From positions 1-10,501 of the forward strand of contig JBKBIN010000046.1 in assembly GCA_046296715.1 (NCBI GenBank): a stretch of DNA of 10,501 bases. The letters run 5' to 3'. A program made the translations under genes and the position numbers. Shown here in pieces: positions 1 to 8,148 of this stretch. The notes beneath the pieces are model-generated. The model had not been told where the DNA came from, ran no database searches, and saw only the letters and a list, made by a program, of their open reading frames with translations. Positions within the stretch are counted from its first letter, which is position 1; each line of letters opens with the position of its first letter. Origin of the DNA: Candidatus Ratteibacteria bacterium (GTDB lineage: Bacteria; Ratteibacteria; UBA8468; B48-G9; JAFGKM01).

Positions 1-294
1 AACTTCTTTAATATATTTGAAAGTTATTTCTGTTGAGATATCAACTGTCCCTGGCCAAAAATCACTTGCTCCAGGATAAGTATAAATAATAGGTGGAGCA
101 ACAATACAATCCCATTTTTCTGCAAATAAAAGTGAAGTAGCCCATGTAATAAATATATCACATCCTAAGGGTATATCAGGTCCATGCATTTCAACACTTC
201 CAGTTGGTAATATTATAAGGTCGTTTCTCTTCAAATATTCTTTTATCTGACCAGAACTTAATAATTCCATTCTATATTTTACATATATTTCCAT
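1..294 (-). CDS. Creatininase/amidohydrolase family protein, N-terminal 98 aa (runs off the left edge)
   Basis: Hand translation from ATG at 294: MEIYVKYRMELLSSGQIKEYLKRNDLIILPTGSVEMHGPDIPLGCDIFITWATSLLFAEKWDCIVAPPIIYTYPGASDFWPGTVDISTEITFKYIKEV. LPTGSVEMHG..PLGCD matches the creatininase-family lPxGSxExHGxHLPxxxD metal-binding motif, and WPGT matches the FPGT motif. GGAGG RBS at 305-309. Starts 2 nt after the upstream stop. Confidence 0.88.
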   Translation of the reverse strand, partial: MEIYVKYRMELLSSGQIKEYLKRNDLIILPTGSVEMHGPDIPLGCDIFITWATSLLFAEKWDCIVAPPIIYTYPGASDFWPGTVDISTEITFKYIKEV

Positions 295-296
295 TT

Positions 297-1616
297 TTAT
301 TTTCCCTCCATTGGTCTATCTCTCCATGATAATGCTTCTGACCATTTTGAAATAAATTCCCAAAGCATCCTACTAAAAATATCTGCAATTTTCTTATTTT
401 CGTTTATGATATTTTTCTTTTCCAGTGGGTCTTTTTCAAGGTTATAGAGTTCATTCTCCTTTTCTCCATAATTATTTATAAATTTATAACCATCTTTTAC
501 AATCCCTCCTCTTAAACAGAATGCACCAATATATACAGTATCCCTTATTTTTTCTTCTTCTCCTTTTAAAATAGGTAAAATTGATTTTCCTCCAAACTTA
601 ATTATTCTTTCATCAATTTTTATTCCAAGTATATCAAGAATTGTCGGTAAAATATCAACATTCTGAACATAAGAATTGTTAATCATTCCATTTTTAATAA
701 TTTTTGGATATCTCATAATTAAAACCATTTTAGCAAGTTCATCATAAATTGGAACTCCAAATTTCCTTATAGTTTTATGTTCTCCAAAAGGTTCTCCATG
801 GTCTGATATTATTATAAGCAATGTATTATCCAAAATTTCTCTTGTTTTTAGAGCATCATAAATCCAACCAACCATCTCATCAGTATGAGTTATATCACCT
901 TTATATAAGTTTAAGATATGTTCAATATCTTTATCTGATAACCAATCGGTTGATGGTCCAACAGGATGTGGTATGTATCTTTCTGGCTCTTCTTTTTGAT
1001 ATATCTTTTCATATTTTTCAGGTGGACACCATGGTTCATGTGGTTCAAAACTGTCAATCCAGAGGAAAAATGGTTCTTTTGCCTGTTTAATATATTCAAC
1101 CCCTTTTTCAAAAAGCAATTCTGGACAGGATTTACCAAAATTTTCAATAGAATAATATCTATTATTCATTGTATTTTCATAAAACTTTTTCTCTCTTTCA
1201 GAAGCATGCGGAGGAAAATAGCATTGTCTGAAATTATATTTTTTTTCATGAGGAGGATTATGACATTTTCCATAAACAATCCATTCAAAAATTTCAAACC
1301 CCCTATCCATACCAGCAGGTTTATTAAAAGGAGTATCTGAAAAACAAGCAGTATAAAATCCAATATTTTTTAAAATTTCGGCAATGTGTAAATCATAACT
1401 TCTTAAAGGACACCAAGGCCTATTTGGAAATGTATATGTTCCTGAAACTATTGCAGTCCTTGAAGGTATTGTTATCGGATATTCAGCATAAGCATTTTTG
1501 AAAAATATTCCTTCATTTGCAATTTTATCAATATTTGGAGTTATTACTTCCTTGTTACCACCACAACCAAGATAATCGGGTCTTAAACTATCAAGCATAA
1601 GAATAACTATGTTCAT
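297..1616 (-). CDS. Sulfatase-like hydrolase (alkaline phosphatase superfamily), Thr at the nucleophile position, cytoplasmic
   Basis: 439-aa ORF with NIVILMLDSLRPD, TPNID, TIPSRTAIVSG (normally C/S-x-P-x-R), PHEPW, SDHGEPFGEH, DILPTILD and ELYNLEKDPLEKKN, all typical sulfatase-fold motifs. No signal peptide. ATGA overlap with the upstream gene and GGGAGG RBS at 1621-1626. Confidence 0.9.
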   Translation of the reverse strand: MNIVILMLDSLRPDYLGCGGNKEVITPNIDKIANEGIFFKNAYAEYPITIPSRTAIVSGTYTFPNRPWCPLRSYDLHIAEILKNIGFYTACFSDTPFNKPAGMDRGFEIFEWIVYGKCHNPPHEKKYNFRQCYFPPHASEREKKFYENTMNNRYYSIENFGKSCPELLFEKGVEYIKQAKEPFFLWIDSFEPHEPWCPPEKYEKIYQKEEPERYIPHPVGPSTDWLSDKDIEHILNLYKGDITHTDEMVGWIYDALKTREILDNTLLIIISDHGEPFGEHKTIRKFGVPIYDELAKMVLIMRYPKIIKNGMINNSYVQNVDILPTILDILGIKIDERIIKFGGKSILPILKGEEEKIRDTVYIGAFCLRGGIVKDGYKFINNYGEKENELYNLEKDPLEKKNIINENKKIADIFSRMLWEFISKWSEALSWRDRPMEGK

Positions 1617-3133
1617 TTTTCCTCCCTTTCTTCTGGAGTTGTATATACATATTCAATATCAAAACAATTTGCTAATTTCTCAATCTTATCTGCAACATAT
1701 CCAACACCAAGAGCAAAATGATGGGTTGGTCCTTCTTTTGTCCATCTTTCAATAAATGTTCTTACATCTGGTTTAAATTTCCCTCTTGTATTTGTATTTC
1801 CAGTTGCTGGTATTGGTCCTGGAAGAGATTTTCCTTCTGCAACAACCATTTTAAACTTTCCATTTGATTTCTGTGTTAAACCAAGCATAGTTATAGGTCC
1901 TGTTTTTAATTTGTATTCAACAGATGGTCCAAAACCTCTTTTCCCATGATATACCTTTAATTTTCTTAAAACTGGCTTTCCATCAGAGACCAGTAGATGA
2001 TGTGGTCCATCATGTCCAACAAGAACAAAATCATCTTTAAAATCAACAGGATGAAATTCTGCAAAAGAACCACCTGCATTTAATCTATCCATTATAAGCA
2101 TAGCAACACAATTTTTTAAATCAAGTTCTCCAGAAACAGGATATCCCTTACTTGTTAAAAGAGAATTACCAATAATCATTGCTGCATGTATTCTTTCGTA
2201 TTCATTTGCATCAAGACCCCTATAATAATATGCAAGACCAGTAAGTTTAAATTCTTCAAAAAGTTTATCCATTCCACAAGAAACTTTTGCAGGCCATATC
2301 AAATCATCTTCTTTAACTTTTTCTGTAATTGGGTCAACTTTCGGGTCTGGAAATACAAATATTTTTTTGATTAATTCAATCTTTTCTTTAACTTCATCTT
2401 CTCTTACCTCGTCTATAAGTTTTTTTAAGTCATCCATTTCAATATGCTCAACATGTAATTTAAAATATGCATCAAACATTGTTGGGTCTGAATTCATATC
2501 AAGCATTCCTTCATAAACATGTCCTAAAAGTCCTATCCTTGCATTTTTAACTTCATTATATACAGTTGAAACTTCACACCAATCTAAAATTCTATTCCAT
2601 GCTTTCTCATCATTATAAAGATAACCCACAATAACATCAAGAAATTTAATGTCAGCCCTAAATAAAACACCTGCAATTTCTGGTAAACTTGTAACATTAT
2701 CATTTTCAAGTTGTATTGCAGTTGTGGCATTTTCATAATCCATTCCTAAAGTTGGTTGAAGTCCAATTAAAATAACTGGGACTTTTGCTCTTTGTATAAC
2801 AGGTAGAGCATTTGAACTTGTAGAATATGTTGCAACATAACAGAATATAAGGTCAAGGTCTTGTGTTGCGAAGAAATTACCTGCTTCAAATGCCTTATGA
2901 GAATTATCACACATTTCTAAGAAAGGAATAATCTTACATTTACCTTTTTCTCTTAATCTTTCAACAAACCAATTATAATGATTCATAATTTTTTCTTTTA
3001 ATCCAGGGAATTGAGGCCAGTAAGAATAATGTCCAATAGAAAATACTCCAACTCTTCCAGATTTATACTCTCTTCTTTTTAAAAGTTTTTCAATTTCCAA
3101 ATTTTGCTGGTAAATCAATTTTTCCATCTCCAT
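1613..3133 (-). CDS. L-arabinose/L-fucose isomerase family sugar isomerase, substrate unknown
   Basis: 506-aa ORF with YWPQFPGL, SGELDLKN (E336), FAEFH (E359), GHDGPHH (H374) and GPTHHFALG (H471/H472), an E/E/H/H metal-ligand pattern like AraA. AAGGAG lies 6 nt before ATG 3133; ATG 3127 and TTG 3100 are alternative starts. Confidence 0.85.
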   Translation of the reverse strand: MEMEKLIYQQNLEIEKLLKRREYKSGRVGVFSIGHYSYWPQFPGLKEKIMNHYNWFVERLREKGKCKIIPFLEMCDNSHKAFEAGNFFATQDLDLIFCYVATYSTSSNALPVIQRAKVPVILIGLQPTLGMDYENATTAIQLENDNVTSLPEIAGVLFRADIKFLDVIVGYLYNDEKAWNRILDWCEVSTVYNEVKNARIGLLGHVYEGMLDMNSDPTMFDAYFKLHVEHIEMDDLKKLIDEVREDEVKEKIELIKKIFVFPDPKVDPITEKVKEDDLIWPAKVSCGMDKLFEEFKLTGLAYYYRGLDANEYERIHAAMIIGNSLLTSKGYPVSGELDLKNCVAMLIMDRLNAGGSFAEFHPVDFKDDFVLVGHDGPHHLLVSDGKPVLRKLKVYHGKRGFGPSVEYKLKTGPITMLGLTQKSNGKFKMVVAEGKSLPGPIPATGNTNTRGKFKPDVRTFIERWTKEGPTHHFALGVGYVADKIEKLANCFDIEYVYTTPEEREEK

Positions 3134-5153
3134 CGTAATCTCCTTTTTTATAATTTTGAATATTTAAATCTGAACCAATATCTTTTCCTTTTTCTGATTT
3201 TTTATAACCAGGCGAATTTTCTTTTAATCTTAAATCCCAGATAAAGTTTGATTTATTTTTCCAGTTAAAAACAAAGATTTCAAAATCAGGTATTCTATCA
3301 AGAGGTGGTTCAATTACTATGAAATTCTGTCCAACCTCTTTTATCTTTCTTACAACACCATCCATATTTATTTCAATAAAATCTCCTTTTTCCCAACCTT
3401 CTAAACTCTCTCTTAAAAATATTTTATCTTTTGAATTATCTGTCCAACCAATTGAAAATAAAGAAGGTGCATTAATAAATTCAGGTTTTTCACCTATCCC
3501 ATTGATTTCCAAGTTGTCTTTCCTTAAATTTGTTAGAACTCCTTCTGTCCTTTTTCCTATATAGAAAATGTTATAATCACCAGTAAAACTTGGTCTATGA
3601 GTAATTGGATAAAGGATAGGATACTCATGCATAGGAAAGATTATATTGTTGAATATTTTAACTCCTTTTGCTGTAATATTAAATGGACCATAACCTGTTG
3701 CAAGAATTGTATTATGATTTATCTCAACATTGTCAGGAGGTAAACTTTCCCATTCTTCCCATTTCTTTTTATCTTCTTCTGTTATTCTCTTCCTACCATA
3801 AACAAGTCCTGCTTTTTGACCACCAATAATTAGTGAAGCAGCACCTGAACCAATAATAATATTATTTGTAAGTTTTACATTTGAAATATCTCCAGACATT
3901 AATGTCTGTCCTGAAACAATCAAAACATTATTGCTTATTTCAATTTCATCAACATTTGCCCAAAATTGAATATTATCTGGGTGTCCAAACATAAAATGAT
4001 GATGAATATAATTTTTTGAAATTTTCAAATTCTTTACATTCCCAGCACAGACAATACCATCAATTTTATTCCACCCAATATCATTTTGCTCAATTTTTAC
4101 ATTTTTTGCTCCGTATATTACAATCCCATGTGAATTTCTTTTAAAAATAGAGTTTCTAATTTCAATATTTTCTCCACCTGTAATTCCAATTCCATATCCA
4201 TTACAATCATGAATATAACAGTTTTTAATTGTGAAATTTTTCACAATACATGGACTATTTCCTATTCCTATATTATTTGAAAAACAAATTTCAAATCCAT
4301 CAAGTATTAAATTTTCACTCTGATGAGGGTTTATAAGATTTCCTTTATTTACAACTTCAGCAATAACTTCTCCTTTTTCATCAAATTTTGTTGGCCATAA
4401 GAAAACTTTATATCCTGTCTCTGTTTTAATATATGCATAATCACCTTCTTTTTTAATAGCAAGTGGATGATTTGAGAAATAATACTTGTCTCTATTTATA
4501 TCTATTTTAGGAGAGTAGGGTGACCAATTATTTTTCAGAACAATTTTATTTTCTTCAGGATAAAATTCAAATTCTGTATGTTTTGTTATTCCACCCCCTG
4601 CACCATATAAGGCACATAAAGTCCATCCTTTCCATATATCTTTTTCTTTTTGATTTAAATTTGCCTCATCATAAAAAATATTATTACCCTCTGCCTTTGT
4701 AGGTTTCCACCATCCTTGTTCAGGAATTCTTGCAAGATTAAGTATTTTTTCACCGTCAGTTAAAATTTCTGGTAAAAATTTTGTTTCTACAAAATAAATA
4801 TTTTGATAATTTTCATTTCCAAAAACTTCTTCCTTCTTGCATTTCCTCCATCCCAAAATCTTTTCACTTCCAGTTATAACAACTCTTTCATTTTCTTCTG
4901 CTTTAATTATAATTGGTCTATTTTCTTCTCCTTTTTTGCTAATCCTTAATGTTTCTCTATAAATTCCTTCTTTAATCATTAATGTATCTCCAGGTTGTAG
5001 AATACTTATTCCTTTGGAAATTGTTAAAAATGGTAGTTCTTTTGTTCCTGGATTTGAATCACTTGCTTTCGGATTTTTATTATCAACATAATAGATTTCA
5101 CAAAAAACAAATATTGAAAACAGAAAAAACAATGTAATAATTTTATTTTTCAT
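3090..5153 (-). CDS. Secreted right-handed parallel beta-helix protein (DUF1565/GH120-like N-terminus), putative glycoside hydrolase or lyase
   Basis: Start reassigned from 5177 to ATG 5153 (687 aa): AAGGAGGT at 5161-5168 lies 7 nt upstream and MKNKIITLFFLFSIFVFC is a signal peptide. YYVD..SDSNPGTKELPFLTI..LQPGDTLMIKEGIYRE..VVITGSE is the pectin-lyase-fold N-cap. Repeated coils (NFTIKNCYIHD, NIEIRNSIF, NVKIEQNDI, NLKISKNYIH) follow. Confidence 0.85.
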   Translation of the reverse strand: MKNKIITLFFLFSIFVFCEIYYVDNKNPKASDSNPGTKELPFLTISKGISILQPGDTLMIKEGIYRETLRISKKGEENRPIIIKAEENERVVITGSEKILGWRKCKKEEVFGNENYQNIYFVETKFLPEILTDGEKILNLARIPEQGWWKPTKAEGNNIFYDEANLNQKEKDIWKGWTLCALYGAGGGITKHTEFEFYPEENKIVLKNNWSPYSPKIDINRDKYYFSNHPLAIKKEGDYAYIKTETGYKVFLWPTKFDEKGEVIAEVVNKGNLINPHQSENLILDGFEICFSNNIGIGNSPCIVKNFTIKNCYIHDCNGYGIGITGGENIEIRNSIFKRNSHGIVIYGAKNVKIEQNDIGWNKIDGIVCAGNVKNLKISKNYIHHHFMFGHPDNIQFWANVDEIEISNNVLIVSGQTLMSGDISNVKLTNNIIIGSGAASLIIGGQKAGLVYGRKRITEEDKKKWEEWESLPPDNVEINHNTILATGYGPFNITAKGVKIFNNIIFPMHEYPILYPITHRPSFTGDYNIFYIGKRTEGVLTNLRKDNLEINGIGEKPEFINAPSLFSIGWTDNSKDKIFLRESLEGWEKGDFIEINMDGVVRKIKEVGQNFIVIEPPLDRIPDFEIFVFNWKNKSNFIWDLRLKENSPGYKKSEKGKDIGSDLNIQNYKKGDYDGDGKIDLPAKFGN

Positions 5154-6969
5154 TCTTATTACCTCCTTTATATTCATAAGGTCCTATATCCCATTTTCCT
5201 CCAACATTCCTTTTAACCTGTTCCTTATCTGTATCAAAATGTTCACTTAAATCTATACCTGAATCAATTGCAGGACTATTTTCTTTCAAACGATAATCTT
5301 TCTTTTCAAAATCATAAAAAATCTTTTTTAAATCTGTTTCAATTTTTTCTCCCTCTGATAGTTTCATATTTTTTGCTTTTTCAGTTGTGTAAATATTATG
5401 ACTTCTTTCACAATTCCACAAAATTCCATCAGTTATATTATTCTTGAAAATAATTTTGCATTCTCCCCTTAAAAGTAAAGCGTCATTATTACTACCTAAA
5501 ATTGCATTATTCAAAATGTAAATATTTCCCTTCATTCCACCCCATCCAGCAATGACATATCCAACTTTTTCTTCTCCATCAAATATATTATTATAAATTT
5601 TTAGGTCTTTTGAATTTTCCATAGTAAATGGTATATTTGAATCAGATACGTAATTATTTCTTACAATAATATTTTCACAGTTAGAATAAACAGAAATTCC
5701 ATTTGCATGTGTTCCTTTACATCCTTCAACAATGTTATCTTCAATTATACTATTCTTTGCTCCCATAAACCAAATTCCTTGTCTTGAAGCCCTTTTAACA
5801 TAATTTTTCCTAACTATGATATTTTCTCCACCAGCAAGAATTCCAACACTTCTTATACAATCAGAAACTATATTATTCTCAATAATTCCATCTTTTCCAC
5901 CAACTTGAATAGCATACCAATCATCAGATTTAAGTTTTCTAACTTCATTATTTCTTACAATAAAATTTTCAGGAACCGGCATATTATCAGATGACCTATA
6001 AACTCTTATTCCCATAACAAAATTTTGTATTACAAAACCTTCAATAACAATATTTTTAACACCATTTGCTATAATTCCTGTATGTCCAGTTCTAACTTTA
6101 TACTTATGTGTTTTTATATCTCCTCTTGGAAATAAATATAAAATCTTTTTCTCCTCATCTAAAGCAAACTCTCCAGGACTATCAATTAAAGAAACATGAT
6201 TTATAATTGAGTAATAGGAATTCCTGTCAGTATATAAATCTCCTCCAGCATCTTCATGATAAATTGTTGAACTTTCAGGTTCATAATTTGTTATTTTTCT
6301 TATAACAGTTACATTTGGCACTCTCCATAAAACAACATATGCTCCATTCCAGAAATCAGATTCTTTTTGTGTAAAATATCTTGGGTCTGTAATTGAAGTT
6401 CTTGTTTGTTTTATATTTTTGTCTCCTTTCGGTATAACTCTAAAATTACTTATCTTATCATAAAAAAATGGGTCATCTGGATTTGGTTCCTGAGAATACC
6501 ATAAAAACTCATCATCTTCATAAAATCCTTGAGTAAAACTATAAGATTTTTTTAATTCAATATAATAAATATTTTCCCAGTTTGGATTACCTTTACATTG
6601 TTCAGGATTAGAAATTTTTCTCCATTCTCCTTCAATTATTTCAGAGCCATCTATAATTGCTTTTTTATCACCCCATCCATCTCCTTTTAAAATAATTGGA
6701 TTATCTTTCTCTCCATAAGTAAATCTTCCATCTATTTCAATACAACCATAATAAACAACCCCTCCTTTAAAAAGTAAAACATCTCCTCCTTTTATTTTTG
6801 TTGATTTTGCTATATCTTTTGCATTTTTATCAAATGGACAATGTTTCCATGCTTTTTCAGGACTTGTTCCTGAATTTTTATCATCCCCTTTCTCATAATC
6901 AATATAGTAAGTCATCGCAAAAAGTTTTATTATAAGAAAAATGTAAATCAGCAAAGTTAATCTTTTCAT
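5143..6969 (-). CDS. Secreted right-handed parallel beta-helix protein, putative glycoside hydrolase or lyase, with choice-of-anchor-Q-like C-terminus
   Basis: 608-aa ORF with signal peptide MKRLTLLIYIFLIIKLFA, N-cap YYIDYEKGDDKNSGTSPEKAWK..FKGGVVY, many beta-helix coils (NFIVRNNEV, IIENNIVSD, NIIVRKNYV, NIIVRNNYVSD) and C-terminal DYRLKENSPAIDSG..R..WDIGPYEY. ATGA overlap with the upstream gene. Confidence 0.85.
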   Translation of the reverse strand: MKRLTLLIYIFLIIKLFAMTYYIDYEKGDDKNSGTSPEKAWKHCPFDKNAKDIAKSTKIKGGDVLLFKGGVVYYGCIEIDGRFTYGEKDNPIILKGDGWGDKKAIIDGSEIIEGEWRKISNPEQCKGNPNWENIYYIELKKSYSFTQGFYEDDEFLWYSQEPNPDDPFFYDKISNFRVIPKGDKNIKQTRTSITDPRYFTQKESDFWNGAYVVLWRVPNVTVIRKITNYEPESSTIYHEDAGGDLYTDRNSYYSIINHVSLIDSPGEFALDEEKKILYLFPRGDIKTHKYKVRTGHTGIIANGVKNIVIEGFVIQNFVMGIRVYRSSDNMPVPENFIVRNNEVRKLKSDDWYAIQVGGKDGIIENNIVSDCIRSVGILAGGENIIVRKNYVKRASRQGIWFMGAKNSIIEDNIVEGCKGTHANGISVYSNCENIIVRNNYVSDSNIPFTMENSKDLKIYNNIFDGEEKVGYVIAGWGGMKGNIYILNNAILGSNNDALLLRGECKIIFKNNITDGILWNCERSHNIYTTEKAKNMKLSEGEKIETDLKKIFYDFEKKDYRLKENSPAIDSGIDLSEHFDTDKEQVKRNVGGKWDIGPYEYKGGNKNEK

Positions 6970-8147
6970 TTTATCTTATAAAGATGGACCTGATAACCTT
7001 CAAACTTATCAGTAAAGGAATTATCTACAATTTTTATACTTCTATTTTCTTTCAAAACTTCAACTTCTTTCTTTAATTTTAAATCCTCTGGTAATTCAAA
7101 CTTTGCCTGTGTTGAATTTTCCCTCATAGAAACAGCAAAAATATAATATTCATTTTTATACTTCTTTAAAACACCTTTAACAATAACATCTGAATCTGTT
7201 GTAATTTTTAGTCCTTCTAAATCAGGTGAATTTATAATAGGAGCAAGTTCAGTTACTTCTTTATTAACATTTTTAACTGCTTCCATATTTTCCCTATTTT
7301 CTTCAGCAAGTATTCCTGGTTCAATAAATTTTGGTTTAAATACATGAACAAACCAGATAAACCCTCTTGAACCATTAATTATACTCATCCATGCTTCAGC
7401 CCTTATCTGATAGGGATTTGCTTTTTTATCCGAAGAAATATTTGTGCATTCTAAACAATTCCAAACAATTTTTTTCCCTTCAGACCATTTTACAAGTCGT
7501 TCAACACCATATCCAACATACCACAATTTACCTTGTATTTCCTTTCTTGGATGAGCAACTGGATAAATATCAAAAGAAACTATATCACAACCTTTTATAT
7601 ATTCAGGATAATCTTCTGGATGGTTTGTCCTTACTCCTCTTCCATACCAGCCATCCCAAGCAACTCCCTGTCCAAGATTGAGTAAAATCGGTCTTGTTGG
7701 GTCTTTTTGTTTTAATTCTTGATAGTCCTTTATTATTTTCTCTGGAGGGATTGGTGGTCCATAACCACTTTTATCAGGAAGAGGCTGTGCATTATCTGGT
7801 TCATCTCCGTGCATCCATCCTACAATTATTGAATTTTTACCTTTACTTTTTACATATTCAAGACCATACTCATTCATACTGCATATTACTGGCATATTAT
7901 GTTTTTCAAGTTCTTCTATCTGTTCTTTTGTCGGTCCTTTCCATAAACCAACATATAAATTTATTCCTATCTCTTTATATTTTGAAGCATTTTTTGGATC
8001 CTGAAGCCATACAGCAATTGGGAAATAATTTGGGTCAGAAAGTTTTTCCCAGCCAGGCCATTTTACTTCCTCTTTTTTAATCTGATCACTTTTAATTGCA
8101 CATGAAGATAATACAAAACATAAAACTAAAAAAATATATCTTGCCAT
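6966..8147 (-). CDS. Lipoprotein, putative clan GH-A-like (beta/alpha)8 glycoside hydrolase with C-terminal beta-sandwich
   Basis: 393-aa ORF with lipobox VLSS-C16. Barrel motifs IVGWMHGDEPD (candidate acid/base E116), DIVSFDIYPV, VWNCLEC (candidate nucleophile E233) and INGSRGFIWF resemble GH42/GH-A strands 4, 6, 7 and 8. AGGAGG RBS at 8153-8158. Confidence 0.7.
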   Translation of the reverse strand: MARYIFLVLCFVLSSCAIKSDQIKKEEVKWPGWEKLSDPNYFPIAVWLQDPKNASKYKEIGINLYVGLWKGPTKEQIEELEKHNMPVICSMNEYGLEYVKSKGKNSIIVGWMHGDEPDNAQPLPDKSGYGPPIPPEKIIKDYQELKQKDPTRPILLNLGQGVAWDGWYGRGVRTNHPEDYPEYIKGCDIVSFDIYPVAHPRKEIQGKLWYVGYGVERLVKWSEGKKIVWNCLECTNISSDKKANPYQIRAEAWMSIINGSRGFIWFVHVFKPKFIEPGILAEENRENMEAVKNVNKEVTELAPIINSPDLEGLKITTDSDVIVKGVLKKYKNEYYIFAVSMRENSTQAKFELPEDLKLKKEVEVLKENRSIKIVDNSFTDKFEGYQVHLYKIK

Positions 8148-8148
8148 T

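Noticed and set aside
821..1363. Four short ORFs (821-1090 +, 911-1147 -, 966-1340 +, 1166-1363 -)
   Set aside because: They are nested in or antisense to the sulfatase-fold gene, have no motifs, and have the composition of shadow frames.
1613..3133. Assigning the gene symbol araA or fucI
   Set aside because: The active-site contexts differ from both enzymes and no cognate kinase, epimerase or aldolase is visible.
5154..5177. ORF-track start at 5177 (MNIKEVIR extension)
   Set aside because: The extension contains the strong AAGGAGGT RBS for ATG 5153, which gives a clean signal peptide.
3090..6969. Phage tailspike or autotransporter interpretation of the beta-helix genes
   Set aside because: The proteins have Sec signal peptides, no C-terminal beta-barrel and no phage genes nearby, and they share an operon with sugar enzymes.
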